Of a DNA stretch of 64,000 nucleotides, positions 12,216 to 25,013 are shown piece after piece. Source of the DNA: Octopus vulgaris. Its lineage: Eukaryota. The notes below the pieces were generated by a model. It made no database searches and had not been told where the DNA came from. It was given only the letters and a program-made list of their open reading frames with translations. Within the stretch, counting starts at the first letter, position 1, and every line of letters begins with the position of its first letter. Where the stretch lies: NCBI GenBank assembly GCA_951406725.2, contig OX597835.1:4092001-4156000 (forward strand), in the 5' to 3' direction. A program made the translations under genes and the position numbers.

Positions 12216-13533
12216 TTATATGAAATATTATATTACGTTCTAATTCGGTGTGCCACGGAGTCATAAAGACTGAGATCGCTCGATCTGCTAGGAATATCAG
12301 CTTAAATCCCTCATAAATCACCCCCCTTCCACCATCTACAAGAAAACAAAAGGAGGTAGGGTGGAACATCGGATAATGCATTTGGCCCCCCCCCCCACCG
12401 TACTGTTATTTCTAGCAGGACGAGAGACCACATTGGTGACTAGTTGTGTTGTTGTTTAAAGCCAGGTCAATTGTGTTGGAGTAGGCACGTGGCGAAAGAC
12501 CTGCTCGTCATGAGCGACTTTATGATTGTGCGAAAAACAGCAGAGTTTTTCCAGTTTTGTGAGGGAAATAATGACGGTGGGGATTTCTTTTATTGACCAT
12601 AGGGGGCATAAACGAGGGGCATCAAAAGGACATCAAAATTTGGCACAAGGACAACAAATTCGAGGGAAGGGATAAATCAATTACATCGATCCCAGTGCTT
12701 GACTAAATTTTGGTACAAGGCTAGCAGATTTAAAACGAAGGGGTTAATCGATCACGTCGACCCCAGTACTCAACTGGTACTTATTTTATCGACTCCGAAA
12801 TGATGAAAGGTAAAGTCGGCCTCAGCGTAAAATTGATCTCCGAACATCTAGCATACACAATTAAGCAACAAAGAACTCGTTCAAATTGCTAGAAATAACA
12901 GTTAAACCTTCTTTAAAGTACACCTTATTGTTTAAAAAAGACACCCCCCCGCCAAAAAAAAAAAAAAAAACCAGCCACGTTAGTATCAGATTCTGTTCAC
13001 CAAGAAGACAGGATGGTCATTTCTGTAACGTTTTTGATCATACTTGGATCTAAACAACAACATGGATTTATTAGCAGAAGAATATAGATTTTGGGGATGG
13101 GGTATGTTATTATCGATTAAGGAGATCAATACTCGATTGGGACTTTATTTTATTGATCTCATGGAAAAGTAATCGTGTCAGGACTCTCTGTGTGTGACTG
13201 GTACTTCATTTTAAAGTCAGGTAAGGTTGACCTTGGTGGAATTCGAACTTACGACGCGGAAAAATCGAAACCAAATATCTCAAGAATCTGATGGTTCTGC
13301 CATTTTGATGATGATGGTTATGAAAATATAAAAGTGCTTTGCCTATCATCCTTTCGGACGATAAATTAAGTACCAGCTGCGTGCAGGGGTCGGTCTAATC
13401 GACTGGCCCCAAAAAATGTCAGGCCTTGTGCCTAGAAGAGACAAGAATTTAAACTACCTCTGCAGTGCGCGTACGCGTGTATGTCTGCACGCGCGCGTGT
13501 GCGTGCATACGTGTATCATTGTGTGTGTGTATA

Positions 13534-13573
<40 letters not shown>

Positions 13574-14214
13574 TGTGTGTCTGTGTGTGCGCGTGTATGT
13601 TTAAGTGATTCTGCAACCTCGAAGGAAATCACTGTTATTGCCGCTGGTCCCGTCATGTCACCGAGAACTGGGTTTTAGGCATCGCTGATCACCGAAAGCA
13701 GTGCTACTACGTGTATGCGTCGTCATAGAGAATTTGTTATTGTTTAGCCCGTTAAGTCAGCCTTGATCGAACCGACCTACAAATCAAGGACGTTCCAGGC
13801 GTGTCAATCCATTTTTTATTTTTTTTTCCGTTAGGTTTCGCTTTGTTTTGGAGATGGCTGATCTGTAATTCGAAGATTCTCTTGTTGTTGTTATTGTGGA
13901 AGTGGTTCTGGCGAGCAAGGTGTGTGGAAATGGAGGGAAACAGACGGATTACATAAACAAGCACATGTTTTGATGTACGATGCGATGGAGATATTGCAAG
14001 GGGGAAAAAAAACGATCAAACACTTCAATAATTAACGAGCTAATTAAAAATTAATTAGATAAAATATATATTACCGTTATCGGAGTTGATGTTGAGGGAA
14101 GTATTTTCTTTAGGAGAATCCATTTTCGCAAACTCTTTCCTTGCCAGTCCTTACAGAAATTTGGTTCTTCAAGTGTTGGAAGCCGTGTTTTATAGAACAG
14201 ACAGTGTGTGTGTA

Positions 14215-14271
<57 letters not shown>

Positions 14272-14497
14272 ACGTTGAATGGGATCCCTGCTGTAGAGGG
14301 AAAAAGAAACTATGGAAAAAGATGAAGAGTAGAAGAAAATTTTAGACAGACGACATGATGCAATGGTTGCGGTGGTGTTGGAGAGTGTGTGGAGTGGTGG
14401 TGGTGTTAAGGATGGTGGCGGCGGTGGTGGTGGAGCTGGGTGGAGCTGGGTGTAGTGCTCGGGTGTTGGTGGCTGCACTGAAGGTATATACACGGAT

Positions 14498-14531
<34 letters not shown>

Positions 14532-15123
14532 TAATGATAATGATGATGATGGTGTTTGAAGGTCTGTCAGTGGGTTTTGCTTTGTGTTGTGTTGTTGTTG
14601 ATTCAAGAATGAGAATACGATGAAGACGGATTTGTGATTGTGTCTGTAATAGCAGCAGCAGCAGCAGTAGTAGTAGTAATCGTAGTAAGTAGTAGTGGTA
14701 GTAGTAGTAGTAGTAGTAGTAGTAGTACTGGTGGTGGTGGTGGTAGTAGTGAGAGTGGTGGTAGTAGAAATAGTATGGTTTAGCGAAACGTTGAATGAAT
14801 GAAAATATAAGTGGTGTTCCTCTTCAGCCTCCTCATCGTTGTCGTCAGGAAAATAACAACAACAACAACAACAACAACAACGAAAAAGAACAAAAAACAA
14901 AAACAATAACACTATATTATATTTCTCTCAATCTGTCGTCGACAGGTACGGAAAAGGCTTATTGCATTGTCCATATAGGTGTGCGGGTGTGCAGTGCCAT
15001 GTGTATATATATATGTATATATATATATATATATATTATGCATACGTGCACACACATCAATGTTTAAACACGCATACATGTATTTATCTCTTTACACACA
15101 CACACACACACACTCCATACGCA

Positions 15124-15169
<46 letters not shown>

Positions 15170-15291
15170 TACGCACGCACAGAGGACACGTGACCAGTTT
15201 TGCTTTCTTCCACAAAGCTAGATTTTTTTCACTTTCCCTCTCCCACCCACTCTGTCTGTGTGTCCAGCTGTCTGGCTCTTCCTCTCTTCCC

Positions 15292-15378
<87 letters not shown>

Positions 15379-15879
15379 CATATATTAGATAAATTAGATA
15401 ATGTATCGCTGGGTATATTAATGAGACGGAAGCTACACACACGCACACACACATACATACATACATACATACACACACACATACATACACACATACATAC
15501 ATACACACATACATACACACATACATACATACATACATACACACATACATACATACATGCATATGTATATATATGTATTTGAATATTTATATATATGTAT
15601 ATATTTATATATATGTATATATGTATATATATATATATTGCAGCAGGAAGAGAGATTAAATTTTTTTTCTCAGGGGTGGTGGGCTGGGGTAGAATGAAAT
15701 GAATTAAATCGACTCTAATTGTTTTCAGCTATTTTATCTCATTTTTATTATCTCCAATTTCGTTGACCTTCGAAAAAGATGAAAGGTAAAAATTTGCACC
15801 GTTTCATGTTTGAACTCAGGATATAAACAACGGCAGACGAACACCGCAACATTTGACACCCAAAGCCATCTCAATAGCT

Positions 15880-15903
15880 ACCACCACCACCACCACCACC
15901 ACT

Positions 15904-15963
<60 letters not shown>

Positions 15964-15986
15964 GCTGCTGCTACTACTACTACTAG

Positions 15987-16026
<40 letters not shown>

Positions 16027-16060
16027 GCTGCTGCTACTACTACTACTACTAATACCAACT

Positions 16061-16091
<31 letters not shown>

Positions 16092-16125
16092 CTACCACCA
16101 CCACCACCACCACCACCACCAACAC
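15880..16125. repeat. (ACC/ACT/GCT)n compound trinucleotide microsatellite
   Basis: Directly visible. Confidence 0.95.
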
Positions 16126-17054
16126 CAATGCATACCCACCAAACACATATCCCACCAAACAGATTAACAACACCTTACGTGAGTGAAGACCTTCTTTAGC
16201 CTTGGGGTGCCGGTGTTTCTCCTTTCCCCTACCCATTGTCTTCGGCGCTTGTCATTTTTATAGAGAACCCATTTCTAGTCACCAGTCACTATTCAATTCA
16301 AAAAAGGTTCATTTGTGAGACGTGACAGCAAAGAAGAGCCCCCATTCACTCTCTGTGTGCAATTAGTCTCTTGGGAGGAACCCACTGACCCAATTTGCTG
16401 ACTTTCCCGATGGCACAAAGGTGTCGATGAATGGCTCAACGACCGGATGCAAGCTTCTCTCCCACTTCCTCAACAATTATGATGGGATTTTGTTCCACCA
16501 GGGTTTGCAGGATACCTTCGTCGAGCTCTACAGGGGCAGTAGAATGAGGCAGGGGTGGAGAGAAGTGCCCTTGCCGCCGACGTCGTCATTGTTGTCTACC
16601 TCCAGGTGAGACTTCATTCCGTAACACTATGATCCAAGGTAAGCCGACCACAACCATCCTGTCGTTCCTTTTTTTAAAGACATACCGCATCTAAGACGAG
16701 ATGGTCATATTTTGTGTTCTGTAATAATATACGCGAAATTCTGTCTGTTCGTCTGGAACTCCATATCCCAGTCTACATTTGCTCTGCATAGACATATTAT
16801 ACCTTTTTGGAATCGGGATGATTCCGGGATCGAAAATCTGCCCTTCATTTGGTTCTTGAACATCAAGCCTTGGGAACAGGTCTGGATGGGAATTTGTTAC
16901 ATGCTAACAGTTGAAAATTCAATTTAAAAAAAAACCCCCAAAATTTGTGAACTTACAAGTTTTTCATTTGAAGTAAATTTATTAAAGTAATATCATATTG
17001 ATTGGGTACCAATAAATGCTTTATTATTATTGCTCTCTTATTGCTATATTATTA

Positions 17055-17375
17055 TGGTTCAGTGGTTAGAGCGTCGAGATTACGATCGCGAGGTTGGGAG
17101 TTCGAATCCCTGACCAGGCTGAGTGTTGTGTTCCTGAGCAAGACACTTCATTTTACGTTGCTCCAGTTCACTCAGCTGTAGAATTGAGTTGCGACGTCAC
17201 TAGTGCCAAGCTGTATCGGCCCCTTTACCTTTCCCTTGGATAACACTGGTAGCGTGGAGAGGGGAGGCCGGTAAGCATGGGCGACTTCCATAAACAACCT
17301 TGCCCAGACTTGTGCCTTGGAGGGTAGCTTTCTAGGTGCAATCCCATGGTCAGTCATGATCGAAGGGGGTCTCAG
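17055..17375 (+). mobile_element. tRNA-derived SINE (family C-related head, different tail)
   Basis: A box ggttcagtgg, B box agttcgaatcc, gtgttcctgagcaagacact; partial copy at 31552-31710. Confidence 0.75.
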
Positions 17376-18061
17376 CATTATTGCTCTCTTTAGTTTTGGG
17401 CCCGATTTGCCCCTCGCAGGAGCTAGCTTAAAAGTTTGCGCGGAGTGTGGCTTTTAAGCTAGCAAAAACATAAAAGATAGTTAACTTCTTTAATACACAC
17501 ACATGCACACACACACACAAACACATACACAAACACACACTAGACGCGCGCACGCATGCACACACACACATACACACACACACACACGAATTGGAGGGGA
17601 GCCCTTTGTATTCTCCTCCCACGAAATTGACAAAGCGCAACTGTTAGACGAGGAAGTCAGATTCGTTAATGGCCGTGGTGGGGGGGGGAAGAAAGAAGGA
17701 AGAAAAGGAGGAAGAGAGGAAGGCAGGCAGGAAGCAAAGAAAGAAAGAAGAATTTAATCGGCCATTCCCACCCACCCTAACCACCCCAGAAAGCAGAAAA
17801 GGGGTGGGGGCTGTGTACGAGGACATTGTCGGGATCTGAACTCAGAGTACGAAGAGATGTAAATATTTATAGTCTTTGTGCCTTTGATAGCAGTATTAGT
17901 TGCAGCAGCAGCAGCAGCAGTATTAGTATTAGTAGTAGTAGCACTAGCAGTAGTAATTATTTCTGCTAATAAATGGCAAGTAAGTAGGTTAAGGTTTCAG
18001 GTTTCATATATACATATATATATATCAAATATAAATTAAAAACAGAACACAAAGGATATCG

Positions 18062-18150
18062 CAGTACACGTGTTTCAAGCTTTATAAACAATCCGTTATT
18101 ACATCAGTGTATTATTGCTATAAAAGATGGTTTAAAGCTCTCTTCAGCCG
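18062..18150 (-). ncRNA. Type-I hammerhead motif, expanded stem II
   Basis: CGG-CUGAAGA-GAGCUUUA...UAAAGCUU-GAAA-CACGUG-UA-CUG; palindromic stem III ACACGUGU. Confidence 0.75.
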
Positions 18151-18239
18151 AAGAGGGCTTTAAACCATCTTTTATATCAATAATATACCTATGCTGATGT
18201 AATAACAGATTGTTTATAAAGCTTGAAACACGTGTACCG
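18145..18239 (+). ncRNA. Type-I hammerhead motif with CCGAAGA core
   Basis: CAG-CCGAAGA-GGGCUUUA...UAAAGCUU-GAAA-CACGUG-UA-CCG. Confidence 0.6.
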
Positions 18240-18439
18240 CAATATCCTTTGTGTTCTGTTTTTGATTTATATTTGATATATACTCTCTCACCTCGGCCAC
18301 TATCGGGCATATACAGGTGCTTACGCTTATCAAGTATTCACACTATTCTTATTTTTCACCTTTTCTGATTTCTTTTCCTCTCTATCTCTCTCTCTCTCTC
18401 TCACTCCGCCTCATCTCTCTCACTGCTGAGTCGACTACC

Positions 18440-18525
18440 AACTTCCTTTCACTCGCAACTTCCTTTCACTCGCAACTTCCTTTCACTCGCAACTTCCTTT
18501 CACTCGCAACTTCCTTTCACTTGCA
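18440..18525 (+). repeat. 17-bp minisatellite (caacttcctttcactcg) x ~5
   Basis: Directly visible. Confidence 0.9.
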
Positions 18526-18994
18526 GCTTTCTTCAAGTCAACACGACTTTTTCTTGCGCTCTGAATTTTTCCATCGTCTAGGCTTAAAAAATAGCCCTCA
18601 ATGTTGGTTTAATTGTCCTGTTTTTATTCTTTATGTGTACTGTATTTTTTTGTATTTGTATTTTTATTTTGTATTTGTATTTTTATATTTTATTTTTATT
18701 TGTATTGCTTTTACGTCCTGTTCTTGTCACATTTTTTTCTTTCCTTGTTTTTACCCCTCTGCAAAGGAATTTTATTTAATTCTTTTGCAGGAAGGACTTG
18801 TTCGAAGGGTCGTGTTCTGTCCTTACCTTCGAAACACGCATTGAGTCGAACCAGGGACAGCTGAGGAAGGGGAATATTCCTTGTATTGTTTGTCTTGTAC
18901 TCTGTTTTTTCGTTGTTAAAAAAAGTCCGTTTCCTTGTTTGTTTTTATGTTTTCGTTTCTCGTTGAGTTCTACGTTTATTTGTGGTGTCCTGTA

Positions 18995-19061
<67 letters not shown>

Positions 19062-19201
19062 CATGTATATATACATGTAGAATGTAGGTACGTACATATA
19101 TGTATGTATGCATATATTTTATTTATTATATATATATATAACTATATATATACACACACACACACATATATATATACATCTACATATACATATGCATATA
19201 C

Positions 19202-19246
<45 letters not shown>

Positions 19247-19249
19247 CAT

Positions 19250-19328
<79 letters not shown>

Positions 19329-19359
19329 TATATTATACATATATGTGTGTGTGTGTAGG

Positions 19360-19492
19360 ATAGTTATGTCCGGTCCATGGAGTTATCCTGGGTTTCACGT
19401 CCGTAAAGCGCTTAGACCCTAAGAAACTCCGTACATCTAAGCGCTTTATGGACGTGAAACCCAGGGTAACCCCACAGACCGGTCACAACTAT
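19360..19492. mobile_element. Fold-back of a hammerhead 3' half
   Basis: Arms 19360-19416 and 19436-19492; the right arm reads GGACGU-GAAA-CCCAGGG-UA-ACC. No CUGA half is present. Confidence 0.6.
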
Positions 19493-19674
19493 TTTTATCT
19501 CATTACTCTACAACTTACAAGTATGCTTCTTCGCTTTCGGATTCATGATTTACTGAACTTTTCCTTCACCCATTCCCTTCCGGTCATTCCAAAATGTAAC
19601 TACACGTCGATCGTTGGCGAGTTTCCTTTCCTCCGTCTTCCTTTACTCTTGGACTTTCCCCTGTCTCCTGTTTC

Positions 19675-19677
<3 letters not shown>

Positions 19678-19748
<71 letters not shown>

Positions 19749-19779
19749 TGAGTGTGTGTGTGTGTGTGAGTGTGTGTGA

Positions 19780-19846
<67 letters not shown>

Positions 19847-19871
19847 TGTGTGTGTGTGAGTGTGTGTGTGT

Positions 19872-19926
<55 letters not shown>

Positions 19927-19943
19927 TGTGTGTTTGTGTGTGA

Positions 19944-20005
<62 letters not shown>
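19678..20005. repeat. (TG)n microsatellite, ~330 bp
   Basis: Directly visible. Confidence 0.95.
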
Positions 20006-20006
<1 letters not shown>

Positions 20007-20779
20007 GTGTAAATTGTAAAGCACATTTTATGCCTGTACCATTTTTTTTTTCTTACAGAAGTCTTAGAAATAAATTGAAAGAATTCGAAGAAGTGAAAAT
20101 ATTTCTAAACGAAAATTAGACAGAAACAGACAATGGCGAAAACCTGGTCTGTGGAATTTTCCGTCAACAATGGCAGAGAATTTTAGCATCACAGAATTTT
20201 TCTATTCAGTTGGTGGCGATTTGACAAAAGTCTGATATTCTAAGGTTTGACATCGACCAAGCGCGAGCTTGTGTGGGCGTTTGTATTTAAATGTGAGTGT
20301 ATGTGTGTGTCACCGCGTGTGGATGAGTGGGTTTTTTTGGCGTATTTATGTATGTGTATTCATTGTGTGACTATACATTAAACGTGTATATGTGCGCGTG
20401 CGTGTGTGGTGTGTGTGTGTGTGAGTAAATGTGTGTATGTGTGTGTGTGTGTGTGTGCGTGATGTCAAATGTTATGCAAGCGCCTACGATTTTGCATTAT
20501 ATTAAAGTTTACAAAGAACGAAAAATGTTTACCCCATTTACTGGTGTCATTAACCAGCGTGATTCATTAATTAATACATGAACTGTCGAGGAGCACCATA
20601 TGATGTCGGTGGGTGGGGGTGGTCATCATGATAGAAATAGTAGCTGAGCCTTCTTCAAATAGCAACCCAGCCTTTTTAAAATCAGAAGAACGCATCGGAC
20701 AATGCATCCCCAGACACACAAGAGTTAGGCCCAACTCAACTCTGAACGAGTAGATCCAATGACTATCACCTTATATTAT

Positions 20780-21007
20780 TTCTTTACTGCCCACAAGGGG
20801 TTAAACATAGAGGGGACAAACAAGGACAGACGTGTTTAAGTCGATTATATTGACCCCAGTACGTAACTGGTACTTAATTATTTATCGACCCCGAAAGGAT
20901 GAAAGACAAAGTCGACCTCGGCGGAATTTGAACTCAGAACGTAGAGCCAAACGAGATACTGCTAAGCATTTCGCCCGGCGCGCTACCGTTTCTGCCAGCT
21001 TGCCACC
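20780..21007 (-). mobile_element. SINE family B
   Basis: Reverse complement of 36451-36680. Confidence 0.88.
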
Positions 21008-21204
21008 TTATATACAACCGACTTCCTTATCGATTGAGAATAATGTGTTTTTTTTTTAAACACAGTTTAATGTGATCCGCTAATTTTCCCAAATCGATCG
21101 ACGAATTAGAAGCTGTAAAGGCCAGTAATTAAACAACAACTGAAATATTAAATTGGAATGAAAAGGAAGGCAATGTTGTTAAACTGTCTTCATGAAACCA
21201 GTCG

Positions 21205-21252
21205 GATATTCAAACGACCAGGATATTCAAACGATCAGGATATTCAAACGAC
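21205..21252 (+). repeat. 17-bp tandem repeat (ggatattcaaacgacca) x ~3
   Basis: Directly visible. Confidence 0.85.
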
Positions 21253-21483
21253 AACTGATGGCTTTTAGCTGTCCGTATGTCTCCTGTCACTTCCAGTCTT
21301 GTCTATCTCTGTATTGTCTCTTTTAATCTTCGTATATCCATTAAAGATTTGATCTCATTTACTTATCTATTTTCGATGATCATAATATCTTCAGAGAAGC
21401 AACAAAAGGCAAATCCGAAAATAATACGCACACTCTCTCTCTGTCTCTCACACACACACAGACGCATATACAAACGTGTATAT

Positions 21484-21555
<72 letters not shown>

Positions 21556-21592
21556 GATATGTACTTATATCTATCTATCTATCTATCTATCT

Positions 21593-21652
<60 letters not shown>

Positions 21653-21815
21653 GTACACAGGCATACCTCGGCAGAAGTCGTTATCGATTATATGTCGGTT
21701 TTCAAAAATAATATATGGAAAATAAAAATCAAGTTGTCATTTTACTCGACTTTACATTTGTCCATAAAATCACTAGAAAACCGTTAAAAGCACATGCAAT
21801 CATGTTACTGTACGA

Positions 21816-21922
21816 TAAACCATCTTTTATATCAATAATACACTGATGTAATAACGGATTGTTTATAAAGCTTGAAACACGTGTACCGCGATATCCTTTG
21901 TGTTCTGTTTTTGATTTATATT

Positions 21923-21960
<38 letters not shown>

Positions 21961-21967
21961 CCTGAAA
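21816..21967 (+). mobile_element. Third, 5'-truncated copy of the 18019-18282 hammerhead element
   Basis: taaaccatc...aagcttgaaacacgtgtaccgcgatatcc...(TA)n gaaacctgaaa. Confidence 0.85.
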
Positions 21968-23025
21968 GCATGTTAAAACTTGTACAGTAAATGTTAAGAT
22001 ACACACCATAAAGTAGTGTAAGTTCAGCGAACGAAATCATGGAATCAGCCGTGTTGTCTTATTCATCGGTATTTTGGAGCTCATATTGTACTGCAGTTCC
22101 AATATCTACCGTTAGTCATTTGACTGTGGCCCTGCTGGAGTACCGCCTTTAGTCGAGAAAATCTTTGTATTCTTTGTAAGCCTAGTACTTATTCTATCGG
22201 TTCTCTTTTGCCGAACCGTTAATCAAGTATATCATTCCAGTAATTGTTTCAAAATCTGGTAATATTTTAGCAATATCCATTTATCGCTCTATTAAGCTTC
22301 GGAATATACAACGTATGATATTCTTCTGCTAAATTCCTGTCTACGAAATCCGACTCACAAATTATTAGTTAAGCCAAGACTATAATAAAAGAAGTTGACC
22401 AAAGTGTCGGTAAATGGAATCAAGCCTAGAGAAGCACAGAATTGCAATTTGCTCCTAGGATAAGGTGACAATTCCACAGGCTGTTAGACGGTATGCAATA
22501 ACGACGCAACATCGCGGAAATGAAAGCAAAATATCAAATAAAAGTACTGATAAACATCTGTTGGTTGAGAGAATGGATCTTTCATTTCTAAATAAATACA
22601 AGAATATCGGTGCCAGCTCAGTTTTTATACAAGAATTAGTAAATTGTACACAGCTAAATCTGTTTGGAAGAATAATTTAAGTTAAGTTGAAGAAACGAAG
22701 GAGCAGTAAGTGTATAGGTGTGTGTGTGTTTGTACGTGTGTGTGTGTGTGTGTGTGTGCGTGTGTATGTATTTATTTGTGCGTATATATTTTTTCGCCAT
22801 GTATAAATTGAACACGCATATTTAGAAAAAAAAAAAACAAAAAACAAAAAAAAAAAAACCCCAGAGAAAACCACAAGGGAAATAATAAACGTCAGTAAAA
22901 TGGCGTAATAAATTAAAATTTCGGTCAGAATTCAGAATGATTTTTGATGGATTTTATTATAATAATATTTTTACTCTCTTAACCGATGGACTGCTATACT
23001 ACTTGTTGAAAATGATACCATTCAG

Positions 23026-23124
23026 TTATGTATGTATGTATGTATGTATGTATGTATGTATGTATGTATGTATGTATGTATGTATGTATGTATGTATGTA
23101 TGTATGTATGTATGTATATATGTA

Positions 23125-23159
<35 letters not shown>

Positions 23160-23180
23160 ATGTATGTGTGTGTGTGTGTG

Positions 23181-23214
<34 letters not shown>

Positions 23215-23326
23215 TGTATGTATGTATGTATGTATGTGTGTATGTATGTGTGTATGTATGTATGTATGTATGTATGTATGTATGTATGTATGTATGTATG
23301 TATGTATGTATGTATGTATGTATGTA

Positions 23327-23357
<31 letters not shown>

Positions 23358-23915
23358 ATGTATGTGTGTATATATGTGTGTGTGTATGTATGTATGTATG
23401 TATGTATGTGTGTGTGTATGTATGTATGTATGTATGTGTGTGTGTATGTATGTATGTATGTATGTATGTATGTATGTGTGTGCATATGTGTATGTATGTA
23501 TGTATGTATGTATGTATGTATGTATGTGTGTATGTATGTATGTATGTATGAATGTATGTATGTATGTATGTATGTATGTATGTATGTATGTATGTGTGTG
23601 TGTATGTATGTATGTATGTATGCATGTATGTATGTATGTATGTATGAATGTATGTATGTATGTATGTATGTATGTATGTGTGTGTGTATGTATGTGTGTG
23701 TGTATGTATGTATGTATGCATGTATGCATGTATGTATGTATGTATGTATGTATGTATGTATGTATGTATGTGTGTGTGTATGTATGTATGTATGTATGTA
23801 CGTATCTGTGTATGTATGTATGTATGCATGTATGTATGTATGTATTTATGTATGTATGTATTTATGTATGTATGTATTTATGTATGTGTGTATATATGTA
23901 TGTATGTATGTATAT
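23026..23915. repeat. (TATG)n/(TG)n compound microsatellite, ~890 bp
   Basis: Directly visible; source of the MYVC/HTYI ORFs. Confidence 0.95.
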
Positions 23916-24547
23916 GCTCACACACACACATACACAGACAAATACGCTCATATGTACATACCTGCACATATAACAAAAATTTTATGTATTTAGACTCCAG
24001 GTTTTACCGCCTGGGCTACACAAGGAAACAGTTGAAAATAAATCATATTCTCCCGTTTACAAAGGGAATAACCAGATGTTTTTACAACTGTTTACATTCA
24101 CAGCGCAGGTATTAGAAACTGACGTATAACAGCATGGAATTTATCTACACCTTCTAATGCACAATTATTGGTGCACAAATTATAAATCTGTCTGTCTATT
24201 TGTATTTATGCACTTACACACAGGTACGCACAGGCACGCGCGCGCAAACGTACATACACACACACACACACAGATGATTATGTATGTATGGCAGATAAAA
24301 ATAAGGATGGGTGGTGTTTGAATAAGTTGCAGACGGGCGATCATGTGGAAAATTGGAATAAAATTATGAAAGATTGCGTCTTAAAAGAAGTATCGGGTAA
24401 AAGGAAAAAACGACGAAAAATGTGATTTGAATCTAAAAATATATAATTGAATACTAACACATCAAAAACACATATATATGCAGACGCATACAACTTTGCA
24501 CATACGCAGAATTGCATATACAAACATGCATGCAAACGTCCCTCCCC

Positions 24548-24630
<83 letters not shown>

Positions 24631-24634
<4 letters not shown>

Positions 24635-25013
24635 ATAAATCTCTGAACGAGGTATAAACAGTAGCTGCACGACATCGTGAAGTATATTTTCCACTTAAAT
24701 GTGGCTAACCACTAAGGGTGGATGCTACTGTAGGTTGTAGCCCCAGGAAGACATCTCCAACTGGCTATTGACACAGTTTCTGTGTCCTATCAGTATTTGC
24801 AAAGGGAAGCCATCCATCCCATCGTCGACCTGACGTAATACGCACGGACCCGAGTTTCTGGGTATTTACCCGTCGTCAGCGCACGACAATATCCGGTCTT
24901 CGATGCGAAGGGGTCCCAATGCAAACACCAGTGACTTTTCGTCACTGGAAAAAGGCTATATGTGTTTGCATTGGGACCCCTTCGCATCGAAGACCGGTGA
25001 TTGTCGTGCGCTG
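24631..25013 (-). mobile_element. Hammerhead-bearing element with 51-bp fold-back
   Basis: Inverted arms 24877-24928 and 24962-25013 with inner hairpin ccagtgac/gtcactgg (24928-24948); abuts a TA/TG tract. Confidence 0.7.
24841..24885 (-). ncRNA. Minimal type-I hammerhead ribozyme motif
   Basis: CGUGCG-CUGACGA-C-GGGU(AAAU)ACCC-A-GAAA-CUCGGG-UC-CGUGCG. Stem I is 6 bp with two GU pairs, stem III ACUCGGGU is self-complementary, and the cleavage triplet is GUC. Confidence 0.85.

Larger units (their letters stand above)
18019..18282. mobile_element. Palindromic element of two back-to-back hammerhead motifs
   Basis: Near-perfect inverted repeat centred at 18147/18148 (TCTTCAG|CCGAAGA), bounded by (TA)n. 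Confidence 0.85.

Noticed and set aside
15816-16236. Poly-Thr/Ser/Val ORFs resembling mucins
   Set aside because: Trinucleotide microsatellite open in several frames, with no flanking coding context.
18440-18525. Short direct repeats as a CRISPR-like array (also 21205-21252)
   Set aside because: Contiguous repeats without unique spacers, eukaryotic context, no cas genes.
20043-20190. Strong splice-acceptor-like site with a short ORF
   Set aside because: Stops in the tested frames shortly downstream, no donor or recognisable protein.
22937-24115. Long ORFs up to 321 aa (MYVC/HTYI repeats), and similar YI/HT/CV ORFs throughout
   Set aside because: Translations of stop-free microsatellites.
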